This document shows positions 39,362-54,098 of a DNA stretch of 64,000 nucleotides, in pieces. The position numbers and the translations under genes are program-made. Numbering within the stretch: the first letter of the stretch is position 1; each line of letters opens with the position of its first letter. The stretch is taken from positions 266,042,001-266,106,000 of the forward strand of contig OZ024741.1 in assembly GCA_964016885.1 (NCBI GenBank), written 5' to 3'. Source of the DNA: Eledone cirrhosa. Lineage: Eukaryota. Below the pieces are notes generated by a model. That model had not been told where the DNA came from. It ran no database searches and worked only from the letters and a program-made list of their open reading frames with translations.

Positions 39362-40998
39362 AACAGTGTGCGAGGTTGAAATGGCATCCCTTGCTGAATA
39401 CCAAGTCTACACAGTTTTGAGATGAAAATGAAAATTTCGCCCCAGAAAGGGGCGAAAATTAGTTGACTCAACGTCTGCAGGCCCAGGCAAGGGGTTAAAC
39501 TAAACAATGCTATTAAATTGAGCAATGAACTCACAGTTTTTTTGACAATAATCCGTAAAAATTCGGGGCGAAGTAATTCATGTCTATATCAAGTGGTAAC
39601 TGATATAGAGAGGGGGAGAGTTTGTTGTTAATTCATGTATAGAGGGGCGTTGGGAGAGTATGTTGTATGGTTGATGTAGCGCGGGGGAGAGTTTGGTAGT
39701 GATGTATAGAGTGCGAGAGAATGAGAGAGAGAGTGTTGTATGGTATATATAGAGAGGGAGATAGAGTTGAACCCGGGATAAACACACGCACACATTTATA
39801 TAAATATATATATATATATGTGTGTGTGTGTATATATATATGTATATATATATATATATATAGATATATATATATATATAGTGTGTGTGTGTATACGTGC
39901 CTGTATACGTACATATATGCATGCACATACACACACATACATACATGCATACATACATACACACACACACACATACAAACATACAAATGTGCAATACCAG
40001 CGTCTCGAAATCTCGTAATACACACACACACACACTGGCGTCCTGCTTCTATATATTGGAGAACGCTGTAAATATGAGGAAGACAACAACAACAACAACA
40101 ACAACTGCAACAACAACTGCAACAATATTAATAAGAAACTAAAGCAACGCAGAAACATGTAAAATTAATAAAGAAAAATATGGCGAAGTCTTCTCTGAGC
40201 CAATAACTTGAGACAAACTATATAGCGTCTCTGACTGATATCTTATTACAAAAGATGTTATAAGCCAGGCAGTAGAAGTGTTTGGTTTTGTGGTTAAATC
40301 GTTGGCTTTGTGGTTGTAAGGCTGCAAGTTCGATTCTTGACGCGGCGCTGTGCTGTATCCTTGTATGTGACATTTTTTTTTCTTTTTGCTGTGTGTTTGT
40401 CTAGTTCAGTCACCTGACTCAAATGTAACTGTACCTGCAATCAGAGCTTCCGTTATAGTTTTGGAATGGGGGGGGGGCGTCTGGTCGGGCTAATGTATAT
40501 GTATATATACATAAATATATATATATATAAAAAACATGAGAAGAAAGAATACTGCGTGGTTGCACATGGGTTACATATGATAAAAATAGTCCTTCGTCAG
40601 TGATTTTCCAATCTTCATTGGTATTTCATCGCTTTAAAAATCATATACCTCCGGTTGGTGCGGGAAATGGCTAAATAAAGCTATTGGGACAAGTAAATCG
40701 CGTAAAGCGAGCGAGACAGTAAACAACAAGGAAGGATAGCAACGCAAAGATAGGAAAAAACAAGCAGCGTGGGAATCCGGTCAGCTTAAGCTGGATGGAT
40801 TTCATGAGCATTTGATCGTTTTTTTTTTTGGCTCTGCGAATGATTGTTTAACCATCGTCTCGGTGTGTTTGGCCTTTAACGTTTGTTATAGCTCTGGCTC
40901 ATCTGAATCATTGAGCACTTGCCACACATATCGGAGGTTGTTTTTCGTTATTTCGTGGGCCGAAATGCGAATCTCGATAATTTATGTTTGTTTATATA

Positions 40999-41107
<109 letters not shown>

Positions 41108-41108
41108 T

Positions 41109-41243
<135 letters not shown>

Positions 41244-41640
41244 ACAGAGAGAGATGTGCACACAATTCAAAACGTATAGATCCACACGTGCTGTCGGATC
41301 AGTTGTTCAAACAACTAGAACACTCGTCGTTGTAACTGACGGAAGTCCAATGCGCACAGAGTGTGCGAAAGTGTTCACCAACAATAATGTATATAGATGT
41401 GTTCTTTTTTAATTATTATTTTATCTCTGTCGGTCATTAGACAACGCCCATGCTGGGGCACCGCCTTGATTTAGTCGATCATATTATCCCGCCTACTTGA
41501 ACTTTTTTTTTAAATCAAATCTGGTGTTTGTCTTATCGAACATTTTTTCTCGAACCGCTAAGTCACCGGATACACAACCATAAACACAAACACACACTCA
41601 TACAGCTCTGTATATATATATGCTTGTAGGTCGCGTCATG

Positions 41641-41762
<122 letters not shown>

Positions 41763-41769
41763 GTATATA

Positions 41770-41820
<51 letters not shown>

Positions 41821-41825
<5 letters not shown>

Positions 41826-41980
41826 AACCAGTAAGACCCCGACAGCTGAGCTCAAGCCGTTTCGACGGCTTGAGCTCAGCTGTCGGGGTCTTACTGGTTC
41901 CTATTACCCACTCTACTACCTCAAGTATCGAGTACTTTGGTGCGTTATGGTCCACCTGGTTCCTTACCACATTTCCTTCG

Positions 41981-42044
<64 letters not shown>

Positions 42045-42288
42045 TATTAAATATGTATATACATTTTTGAGGGACACCATGTAAATATATATATATGGGA
42101 ACCAGTAAGACCCCGACGGCTGAGCTCAAGCCGTTTCGACGGCTAATTCTGAGTCCAGAATTAGCCGTCGAAACGGCTTGAGCTCAGCCGTCGGTGTCTT
42201 ACTGGTTCCTATTACCCACTCTACTACCCTAAGTATTGAGTACTTTGGTGCGTTATGGTCCACCTGGTTCCTTACCACATTTCCTTCG

Positions 42289-42290
<2 letters not shown>
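41821..42290 (+). mobile_element. Two further family F fold-back insertions (41821-41982, 42095-42290)
   Basis: Same start GGAACCAGTAAGACCCCGAC and same tail as 31703; inner junctions differ. Confidence 0.82.
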
Positions 42291-42512
<222 letters not shown>

Positions 42513-42587
42513 TTCAGACAGAGAGAGACATACAGACAGATTAGTTGATTGATAGATAGATAGACAGATAGATAGACAGATATATTT

Positions 42588-42968
42588 CTTTATTAGCCAC
42601 AGGGGCACAAAAGAAGGGGACAAATACAAAGGGGGAAGTTTACATACAATAAAAACGTGTAAAATGTTATCACAGATGGAATTTAAAAGTTAGTCGATTT
42701 TCCCCAATAGGGGGAGACATTACATATGGGTAACACATACCCCCGAAAAAAAATGTGCAACCCTCATCTCCAGGAGTACGAAGAGCTTGTACTCCTTTCC
42801 TCTCCTCCTCCTTTTCCTCAACCTACAGGCTGATATAGAGAGAAGGCCCATTCACTCGGGCCATTCTCGCCACTTTCACCCACCTTTCATAAAACTTGTT
42901 GGGGTACAGCACCTCTCTCTCCATCCTGATTCTTCTTCCAAAGTGGTATTTGAAAAAAAGAATCAGTT
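42588..42968 (-). mobile_element. 5'-truncated L1/Tx1 copy (ORF2 end + 3'UTR) in (GATA/GACA)n
   Basis: FFKYHFGRRIRMEREVLYPNKFYERWVKVARMARVNGPSLYISL, near-identical to copy 2. Confidence 0.9.
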
Positions 42969-43227
42969 GATAGACAGATAGACAGACAGACAGATAGACA
43001 GATAGACAGATAGACAGACAGACAGATAGACAGATAGACAGACAGACAGACAGACAGATAGACAGACAGACAGATAGACAGACAGACAGATAGACAGACA
43101 GACAGATAGACAGATAGATATGTCTCACACACATGACATGTCGGCTGCCGGTGTGGCACGCTAACAATACAATCAGCGTTCATTGTGTTGGTAAGACGTA
43201 AGAGTGCCAGAGAACGCGACGCTATTG

Positions 43228-44560
<1,333 letters not shown>

Positions 44561-45157
44561 TGGTGGCTGCTAACTCGTTTTCGAGTACGGCCACTACTTT
44601 ATATCCATGTAGGAGAACCCCTACCAATGCGCTGAACGAGTGTGAATTTTTAGTCCAGCCAGCGACTTGAAAACTCTGGTACAAACACTACACTTGTGAC
44701 AATTACTGACACATAGTGCTGGGCCCTTGGTTCCATGTGACGACAAGTGCAGAGAGATCTCCAGATATAAAGCAATGCCTGTGCCGTGAAGCTTTTATAG
44801 TGAGCAAAGGCACTGCACAAAGCCAGTCCCACTCTCTTAACCAAGATGATATTTACCAAAAAGAAGAACAAGTCAACATCATTGGATACCATCAGAGTTG
44901 CAGGTGTTATATCAGAGTTTTCCTTCTCCTAGAATTCTGCCTTGACAAAGGCTAAGGGGTCATCTCTCCCAGTGATTTTGGATGGCCATTGACTCTTAAG
45001 AGCTCATTTGCCCTTTGACAGGTTTTGTTTTTAGTCCTGCAGGATGTCCAAAGTCACCCGCCTCACCAAGAAACCTTGGTGGGGTTGCCAGTTTAGTCGC
45101 CAACGACCCGACCATGAGACAGGTTGTTCTGGGATACATGTTACCAGTAGCACCAAC
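44561..45157 (-). mobile_element. Short non-autonomous RTE-related retroelement, copy 2
   Basis: Reverse-complement match to 30160-30752; embedded in (TACA)n. Confidence 0.7.
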
Positions 45158-45544
45158 TACATACATACATACATACATACATACATACATACATACATAC
45201 ATACACACATACATACATACATAATACACACATACACACATACATACATACATACATACATACATACATACATACATACATACATACATACATACGTACG
45301 TACATACATACATACATACATACATACATACATACATACGTACATACATACATACATAATACATACATACATGCATACATACATACATACATACATACAT
45401 ACGTACATACGTACATACATACATACATACATACATACGTACATACGTACATACATACACACATACATACATACATACATACATACATACATACATACGT
45501 ACATACATACATACATACATACATACATACATACATACATACAT

Positions 45545-45950
45545 AATATGAAAGAGTACTGGTGGAATGTTCCAGTAAAAACCCCAATAAAATGCAGGCA
45601 TAACAGACCAGATATAATGATATGGGACAGGGAAAAGAAGGCATGCTCAGTAGTGGAAGTCAGCTGCCCAACAGATGCCAATGGTCGGACGCCATGCTTT
45701 CCAGCATAGTTACGTCCCTTTACGATCTGAGTTCAAATCCCGCCGAGGTTGACTTTGCCTTTCATCCTTACGGGGTCGATAAAATAAAGTACCAGTAATG
45801 AACTGGGTAATTGCTGGCCTTGTGCCTAAAGTAGACACAAATATAATATTAAAGATTAGTGGAAAAGAGAATATTTATGCAGAACTGATGAGAAATCTGC
45901 AGATACTCCACCCTGATTATACCTTCAGATTTATACCTTTGATTATTGGG
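45545..45950 (+). pseudogene. Restriction-like endonuclease fragment of an R4/Dong-type LINE, interrupted by a SINE (45683-45838)
   Basis: YWWNVPVKT...HNRPDIMIWD...CSVVEVSCPTDAN / IILKISGKENIYAELMRNL...FIPLIIG (PD..E.K-type REL motif). Confidence 0.75.
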
Positions 45951-46179
45951 CCACCGCCCCCAACCTCACAGCCACGTAATACCCACAGCACCCCAATCCC
46001 TGTTTCCAGAGAGACCTGCCTAGACGCAAGTTGTAAATAATATATCATAAATAAAATCGTTAATTTATATATAATAAATAATATAATATATACTATGTAT
46101 AAATAAATATTATATTTTTTTTATTTTACTATATTTATATATGATATGTATCATTTGATATTTAATATACTATTATATA

Positions 46180-46345
46180 ATTGTTTCTACTTTTGGTTCA
46201 AGGCCAGCAATTACTCAGTGTATTACTGGTACTTTATATTATCGACCCCGTAAGGATGAAAGGCAAAGTTAACCTCGGCGGGATTTGAACTCAGAATGAC
46301 AAGGGCCGTAACTCTATACGTCAACGCATGGTGTCCGGCCCTCTA
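46180..46345 (-). mobile_element. tRNA-derived SINE
   Basis: Reverse complement of the 7596 family. Confidence 0.85.
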
Positions 46346-47846
46346 TGTATACAATACTATAATATTCACTTGTAGAAGCAGAATGACATTTACAGCCTCT
46401 CCGTTCTTCCCAACGTCCCCTTTTCTTTACCACCCCCAGCGCCCCCTTAGGCCCCAGCACCCCCTGGACCATCTCAAAGTTCCCCAGGGGACGGTAGCGC
46501 CCTCTTTAAGAACCTCTGCTTTAGACTTTAGAGAGATATATTTCCTAGTAACAATTATAATAGACATCTATATACATCTTTCGATCTTAAAGGAGTTCAT
46601 CAGTGAAATGTTGGATGTTAGTTTTAAAGTTATTTTCTACAGCTACCACTGCGTGTGTGACAGCTCACACCTTTGCAGGTTTAGCTGGCCTCCTCCAAGG
46701 TATATCTCGTTGGAGGTATCTTGGGTAACTTAATGATAGGGACCCCAGTCTTATCATCTCATTTCTACAGCTGAGTAAACTGGAGCAATGTGAAATAAAG
46801 TGTCTTGCTCAAGGAAACAACACATCATCCGGTCCGAGAATTGAACTCACAACCTTTCGATTGCAAGCCCAATGCTCTAACCACTAAGCCATGTGGCTTC
46901 ACTTACTCCACAGCTACCACTACACCACATTGAATGTTCCATTTGTCCAATCAACAGAACATCTTGTTTATAAAATTAGCATGCAACTAGCTGAGTACTC
47001 CGCAGACATGTGTACCTCTTAGCGTACTACTCAGGGAGTTTCAGTGTGTGGAAAAGTTAGACCTTTGAATTATAAGTACAGTCCATCAGACTGTCTGACA
47101 ACAATTTCACTGAGAAGTCGACCCGAAGTCATTGTGAATTTCATTTGCTTAAGATGTCCGGCATTGGGATCGAACCCGTTAGCTTATAATTTCGAAGCGA
47201 ACTTTTTAACCATTCAACTCCAGCCAGATACAGTATGTCTAAAACAAAAACAAAGAAAACAACCACGAGATGGTCATGGATGCAAAACGATTTTAATGAC
47301 AGATCTACTCGATGGGGTTAGGTGTCCTAGGGTTAAACAACACTAACAACAACACTATATCATTTCAACTACAAATTATCTTTTCTTCTCTTCTCTCGGT
47401 TATATTTGTCTGTGAGGTGTGGCACAATTTTCATTTCTCCATTAATTTGCCAAGGTAAATATATGGAAGACGATGTCATATCACAAGCTACTGATCACTT
47501 CCGGCCAATCATTTGCCTCACCATTCAAACTGTTTGATCAGCAAACACGGCCATCTTTACTTTACAAATACTTTTTGTCAATAACTTCATCAGATGTTCT
47601 TGTTGCTAGCCTATGTATGGTGTATGGTGATACTTTATTAGTAATTTTATTAGTGTCATGTGAAGCAGCGATCAAACGGCACGCAGGTACATAAGTAGAT
47701 ACTCAGGCAAGCCTATACCTCCAAGTTTCGTCACAAATACTCAAACATGTGTCCGTGTGTCCAGTCTTTGACGTTTTCAAGATGAGACACAAACCTCTTC
47801 AATCTTTACTGCTCTCGACAATTTTGTAGTGATTTTTAAATATATC

Positions 47847-47988
47847 AGGGGTCGATAAAATAAAGTGCTATTACTGAGTTCAAATCCCGCCGAGGTTGAC
47901 TTTGCCTTTCATCCTTACGGGGTCGATAAAATAAAGTACCAGTAATGCACTGGGTAATTGCTGGCCTTGTGCCTAAAGTAGAAACAAT
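47847..47988 (+). mobile_element. Truncated SINE with partial internal duplication
   Basis: GGGGTCGATAAAATAAAGT occurs twice. Confidence 0.75.
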
Positions 47989-48040
47989 TAAGTTAGACAT
48001 GGCTTGAGCCAATACTGGCCGAAACCTATCAAATTTATGC

Positions 48041-48100
<60 letters not shown>

Positions 48101-48294
48101 GATATATTAACAAATGGAAACTATATTTATAAAACCATATTTATTTCATTATACATATTTCAAGGACACCAAGTTAAATTATGGTGTGCTTTCATCAGAT
48201 AAAATATAATATAGATCAGTTTTATAAATAAATATTGACATACCCTTAAAGAATGCGACCATTTCTGTTGGAAGCTCCCGGATATATATATATA

Positions 48295-48325
<31 letters not shown>

Positions 48326-48349
48326 ACAAATAAACAAATAAACAAATAG

Positions 48350-48399
<50 letters not shown>

Positions 48400-48552
48400 T
48401 TCAAGAGTAACCAATCTTAAAGAGAGAGATGGAGATAGGAGAGGAGATAGGAGAGGAGAGATTGGTGAGTTAGTTAGAAGCCAAAGCGTAAAGGCATGTG
48501 CTCAATGTGCAATATGCAGTAGAAAGCAGCTAGGTGGCTGGGTTCATATGTA

Positions 48553-48604
<52 letters not shown>

Positions 48605-48782
48605 AACCAAAATGGATGCAGTAAAAACCTGTTAGACCATTAATCCCCAGAGTACTCGATACTTGGGGTGGTGGCAATATGAAGGAGTCGGGACCCCGGT
48701 GGTTAAGCTCCTGCCGTTTCAACAGCTAGTTTACAACAAGCTGTTGAAACGGCAGGAGCTCATCCGTCGGCGTCACGAGTCC

Positions 48783-48876
<94 letters not shown>

Positions 48877-48880
<4 letters not shown>

Positions 48881-49418
48881 TACTTTGGGAGGGTCATGTT
48901 GCCAATAAGAAACACACGCACCAGTTGCTTTCACTTCAATTTATTATACATTTATAAATTTACAAGTCTATAAATTTATAAATTTCTGGTTGGTTGGTTG
49001 GTTCCACAACCAGATAGTTGTTTATATATAGTCATATATATAAACACACACAGACACCCGGATGTGGCGCATGCGCAGACTGAGCACACAACACACACAC
49101 AGAAACAAAATGGCGTAGGACAGAACAAAGGAGAGGCACAGAAACAAAGAAAGGAATCCCCAGTCACTGAAGAGGTCACAGAGTGTGTGACGAAAGGACT
49201 ATGACTATATATAAACAACTATCTGGTTGTGGAACCAACCAACCAACCAGAAATTTATAAATTTATAGACTTGTAAATTTATAAATGTATAATAAATTGA
49301 AGTGAAAGCAACTGGTGCGTGTGTTTCTTATTGGCAACATGACCCTCCCAAAGTATAACCATATCGGTTTCAACACACGATTTCAGATAAAGAATCTTGC
49401 TAAACAAATTCAGAAACG
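48877..49418 (+). mobile_element. Fold-back PLE-like insertion, family D copy 2
   Basis: 48877-49035 is the reverse complement of 49200-49358; 60-nt tail; (TA)n flanks. Confidence 0.88.
49162..49206 (+). ncRNA. Minimal type I hammerhead ribozyme
   Basis: AGTCA-CTGAAGA-gGTCAC...GTGAC-GAAA-GGAC-TA-TGACT. Confidence 0.82.
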
Positions 49419-49611
49419 AAATATATATATATTTATATATATATATATATATTTATATGTACACGATGGTCTTCTGCAGTTTCCGTTTATAAAATTCCAC
49501 TTACAATACTAAAATAGAAGATATTTCTTCAATGTATCCTACAACGGGATTGAACCTAGACCACGTAGCTGTGAAATGTAGTCCTTTACGACACACCTAC
49601 GCCTGTTCCTG

Positions 49612-50055
49612 TGGATTGGCAGAATGTTTAGAACATTGAACAAAATGATTTGCAGCATTTAGTTACGGCGCTCTACATTCTGAGTTCAAATCTCGCCGAA
49701 GTCAACTTTGTCGAGGTCAACTCAAATCTCGCCGAGGTCAACTTCCGTGATAGATAAAATAAAGTGCCAATCAAATATTGGGTTCCATGTAACCGACTTC
49801 CCCCTTTACAAAATTATTGACCCAAATTAAAAACCATTATGTCGTGGATTGGTAGTATCGGTAGAGCGTCGGACGCCTTGCTTTGCAGCACAGAGTTATG
49901 GCCCTTTACGTTCTGAGTTCAAATCCCACCGAGGTTAGTTTTGCCTTTCATCCTTACGGAGTCGATAAAATAACGCACGAGTTATGCACTGGGGTCGATT
50001 TAATCGACTTTTCCCCTCCCCCAAACAATTGCTAGCCTTGTGCCTATAGTAGATA
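49612..50055 (+). mobile_element. Two tandem tRNA-derived SINEs (49612-49835, 49845-50055)
   Basis: GTGGATTGG heads, GAGTTCAAATC B boxes, shared core. Confidence 0.85.
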
Positions 50056-50184
50056 TTATTATTTATATAATTTATCTTAAAATTCATTTGTCTCTTTCTC
50101 TCTCTCTCTCTTGTGTTTCAGGAGGCGTCAGGTGAGTTTGGCCTCGTAGTTTGAGTTCGAACCGTGAACGCTTCCGTCAGCACA

Positions 50185-50311
50185 ATGACAGGATCTTTTA
50201 GCCGGAACTACATCACTGATTTGTTTGCAAGATGTCGCAATTCTCGTCAGCTAGTACTTTGCATCGTCTTCATCGCCCTCTTCCTAGACAACATGCTGTT
50301 AACAACAGTTG
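50185..50311 (+). CDS. VMAT: Vesicular monoamine transporter (VMAT, SLC18A1/2-like), first coding exon
   Basis: MTGSFSRNYITDLFARCRNSRQLVLCIVFIALFLDNMLLTTV matches the SLC18 N-terminal/TM1 signature (SR.L.L.IVF.AL.LDNMLLT); acceptor TTTCAG at 50121 after a (CT)n tract; phase-1 donor G|GTGAGT at 50312, the position expected for VMATs; next exon not found in the window. Confidence 0.9.
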
Positions 50312-50413
50312 GTGAGTACACATACACGTATTATACACACCTGTGTTTATATAATTGTCTGCTCTCCTCGCCCATCTTACAAAAGCTCTTTTTTTAGCTT
50401 TCCAACTTCTCCC

Positions 50414-50504
<91 letters not shown>

Positions 50505-50744
50505 ACACTCTCTCTCCGAACTTTGCTCTTTCCCGATGAAGGACGAATGTCCGATACGTTGAAACCTTTATTTATTTAGATTTTTATTTATCTTCCCTGC
50601 TAAGCGTGAAACTAATTAGATTTAGTTGTTTTTAGTGTTTTTTGCATCACTGTGGTTCTCTTGTTTATTCTTGAACTATATATATAAATATAAATATATA
50701 TACCTATATATATGTATATATGTGTGTATATACATATATATACA

Positions 50745-50800
<56 letters not shown>

Positions 50801-50805
<5 letters not shown>

Positions 50806-51250
50806 AAAGAGTGAAGTATAACATGGTTGACTGTACAAAACAAGGATATTTCTTTACAGTCTTACAATTGTTTCAATGATAGAAATGTCTATAAATTGCT
50901 AAATACTGGAGAAAGTATAACTAAAAAATAATGGAACTTAGATGCATTGTAAATTTGAGTTATACTTTCTCCAGTATTTAGCAATTTATAGACAATTTAT
51001 AGACATTTCTATCATTGAAACAATTGTAAGACTGTAAATAAATATCCTTGTTTTGTACAGTCAACCATGTTATACTTCACTCTTTTATTACTCCAAGATA
51101 TATTTACATAGGAATACAAGCGAAGTCATAAAATCGTCACCGAAGTAAACCTCTTGTTGAGTCACACTCTACCGTACGCTTAAACTGTCCATGATAAATA
51201 GTTTTCGCAGACTTTTATCGGATTACCTTTAACGATTTATCGTTATCCTA
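50801..51250 (+). mobile_element. Fold-back PLE-like insertion, family G (arms ~135 bp, ~160-nt tail; 3' half of HHR)
   Basis: 50801-50935 mirrors 50955-51090; homologous to 53770-54042. Confidence 0.8.
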
Positions 51251-51251
51251 C

Positions 51252-51305
<54 letters not shown>

Positions 51306-51477
51306 AGAGAGAGAGAGGGGGGGGGGTGAAGTTGGAAATAGCACGGGAAATATATTTAAGGGTCTGTTTTTCTTTTTTGATTCGTCAAAGTGACATTATT
51401 GAAAAGATAGTGTTATTAAAAAATGTTTTTATGATGTATATAAAGTATATGAAGAATTACCGGTAATTCTTCCTATA

Positions 51478-51543
<66 letters not shown>

Positions 51544-51548
<5 letters not shown>

Positions 51549-51862
51549 TAAAATAACAGATTAAAGTTTAAACAAAGAATCGCTGCTTTCACCCTTAACG
51601 GGATCTTCTGAAACTAACAAAGTCAATCTGTAAACGCAGAAGTGGATATTTCAAAAAACGTTGCAACCGGAGGTAGACAGGAAGACGATACTTTGGTTCG
51701 TGGAAACGTTCGCTGGCAAAGAACGGGAAAAAACGAATATAATAAGTCATTAATAGGAGCGGTGAAAAACAATTACGCGCAAAGACAGAACCACGTTTAT
51801 GGTATAAAAGAAGTCGTAGACTAATGTTCTCTTAGGTGGTTCATAGAGACGTTCTCTGGCAA
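51544..51862 (-). mobile_element. 3' end (pLTR) copy of the Penelope-like element at 9095-11926
   Basis: Near-identical reverse complement of 11608-11926 including the HHR; 3' end abuts (TA)n. Confidence 0.9.
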
Positions 51863-51871
51863 TATATATAG

Positions 51872-52929
51872 CAGATAGAAAAATGCGTACAGCAAAAAAA
51901 AGTAATATTGTTGGAATATAAACCTTTAAAAATACAGGACAAGAAACTAAAATAAAACTTTAAAAGAATAGGACAAGAAACTAAGATAAAACTTTAAAAG
52001 AATAGGACAAGAAACTAAGATAAAACTTTAAAGAATTGGACAAGAAATAAAAAATTTTACAATAATATTAGTGGCAAAATTTTTATTGGTAAAAAATCGA
52101 GTTCCACATTCATAGGCTCTGGGTTCCACATTCAGAGGTCGTCGTCAGACCGGGGGGATCATTTGATCCTGGTTTGAACACCAATTGGGCCATAACCATA
52201 CCCCTATTTCATCATTCGGCGACACGCCTCATGTGTCATGCATAATGTGAATGGACCCATGGGCCCATGAGCACAGATCTTGAGCAGCAGCGGACGGTCT
52301 TGTCGTCCCGCTCATCCTTGATCTTGACCAACCCGTCCATCTTCTCCTTGCATCTTGTCCTTGAGTTCAAGTCCGGCAGTCCAGATGAATGCGTGCCACA
52401 GCTTTCTGGTACAGGAAGGGGGAGCAGGAGGACTGGAGGGATGACGGGACAGAGGGAGGGAGGACCGGTGGTTGAGGGAGGTGCCGTAGTCGGTGGTCAG
52501 AGTCGACATCTTGTCCCGGTCGTCTTCTCCATCTTCGTCTGGTGTTGCGGGACCAGAAGTGCATTCTTGGAAGAGACCTGCAGCTGCATTGGCCAATTCT
52601 TCTTGCAATGGTCATTCTGACGGAGCAGAACTGCTCAGCCAACCAACCCCAACCAGAACCAACCGCTCTGGGGCAACGCACAATGAGAGCATGACAATTA
52701 TTATGCACTAATCAAGAAGATACTGGGGCATAGCACAGGAAACGAATAAACAAATTTTGCCACTAATATTATTGTAAAATTTTTTATTTCTTGCCCAATT
52801 CTTTAAAGTTTTATCTTAGTTTCTTGTCCTATTCTTTTAAATTTTTATTTTAGTTTCTTGTCCTGTATTTTTAAAGGTTTATATTCCAACAATATTACTT
52901 TTTTTTGCTGTACGCATTTTTCTATCTGG
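51872..52929. repeat. ~200-bp inverted repeats (with internal ~34-bp tandem units) enclosing a GC-rich 650-bp segment
   Basis: 51872-52082 mirrors 52752-52929. Confidence 0.8.
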
Positions 52930-53714
52930 TCTACTATTTTTTAAGGCAATGCAAGCAACAACTATCTAATAATTAAATGATCATAGTGAATTACTGACAA
53001 GTGATTGACATTTTAAAGTTCTTTTGAGTATAATTGCAATCTAGTTGAGGCAACTGGCTTAATGACAAAGCTAGTAAATCATGAATGCATTTGAGATGAT
53101 TAGTGCATAATAGTGAATTGGTGAAACTTGTGCATTTCAATGGTGTTACAACAATAGATGTAAGTTATATAGTAGTAATACTTTATCATTTTAACTTTGT
53201 AGAATGGACAAAAACCCACGCAAAGAAATGACTTTGACTGCAGTGATTCTCTCCAATTTACTTACAAAGCAAACGTAATTTCTGGATTACCTCCCCTAGC
53301 GTCACGCTTACTACTCACTCACTTGAACACAAGATTTATCAGCAAACTTTGATTATAAACTTTTTCCCGCTGGACCAAATTTCTAGATTTTTAAGCCAAA
53401 AGATGCGTAATGATCTACTGTTCATGCTCATATAAGTTTTATCTCAGTTAAATAAAGTAGAGCCGCGCTGTACTGTCGTAAACAGACAATTGCCAACGAA
53501 AACACGACCACAACAATATTACTAAACGGACTACCGTCCGTTTAGGATAATATTTTTATTTATATTTTCTCTTTCGTCTTTCTTCTTCTCTTCCTTTCTA
53601 TCTTTACTATATCTATCCTTTTTTTCTCTCTATATCTTTATTATTAATATTATTATTGATGTGGTAATTTGAATTTGTAAATTTGCCGGTTGCGCATATA
53701 TTTATATTTTCTCT

Positions 53715-53823
53715 CAGTCTCTGAGGATATGATTGAGATAACATGTATTTTAAATTGAGTGGTCCTGCTTTCAGTGTTTAGCGATTTTTAGACATCTCTA
53801 TCAGTGAAACAATTGTTAGACTG
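53715..53823 (+). ncRNA. Type I hammerhead with ~78-nt stem II region
   Basis: CAGTCT-CTGAGGA-...-GAAA-CAATTG-TT-AGACTG; palindromic stem III. Confidence 0.75.
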
Positions 53824-54041
53824 TAAATAAATCTCCTTTTTTGTACTGTTGACCATGTTATTCTCCACTTTTTCAATTTTATTACTCCGAGATAAACTTA
53901 TATAGGAATATAAGTGAAATCATAAACTCGCCATCCACGTAAACCTCTTGTTGAGTCATACAACGCCGTACGCTAAAACTATCCCTGATAAGAAGTATCC
54001 ACAACCTCTAATCAGTTTACCTATAACGTTATCTTGTTATC

Positions 54042-54097
<56 letters not shown>

Positions 54098-54098
<1 letters not shown>

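Larger units (their letters stand above)
33935..39560 (-). mobile_element. Near-full-length degenerate L1/Tx1-clade retrotransposon (copy 2, a divergent subfamily)
   Basis: Same ORF1/ORF2 layout and conserved 3' terminal motif as copy 1; 5' boundary approximate. Confidence 0.93.

Noticed and set aside
50185-50311. Vesicular acetylcholine transporter (VAChT)
   Set aside because: DNMLLT matches VMAT, whereas VAChT has DNMLYM; the intron position also fits VMAT
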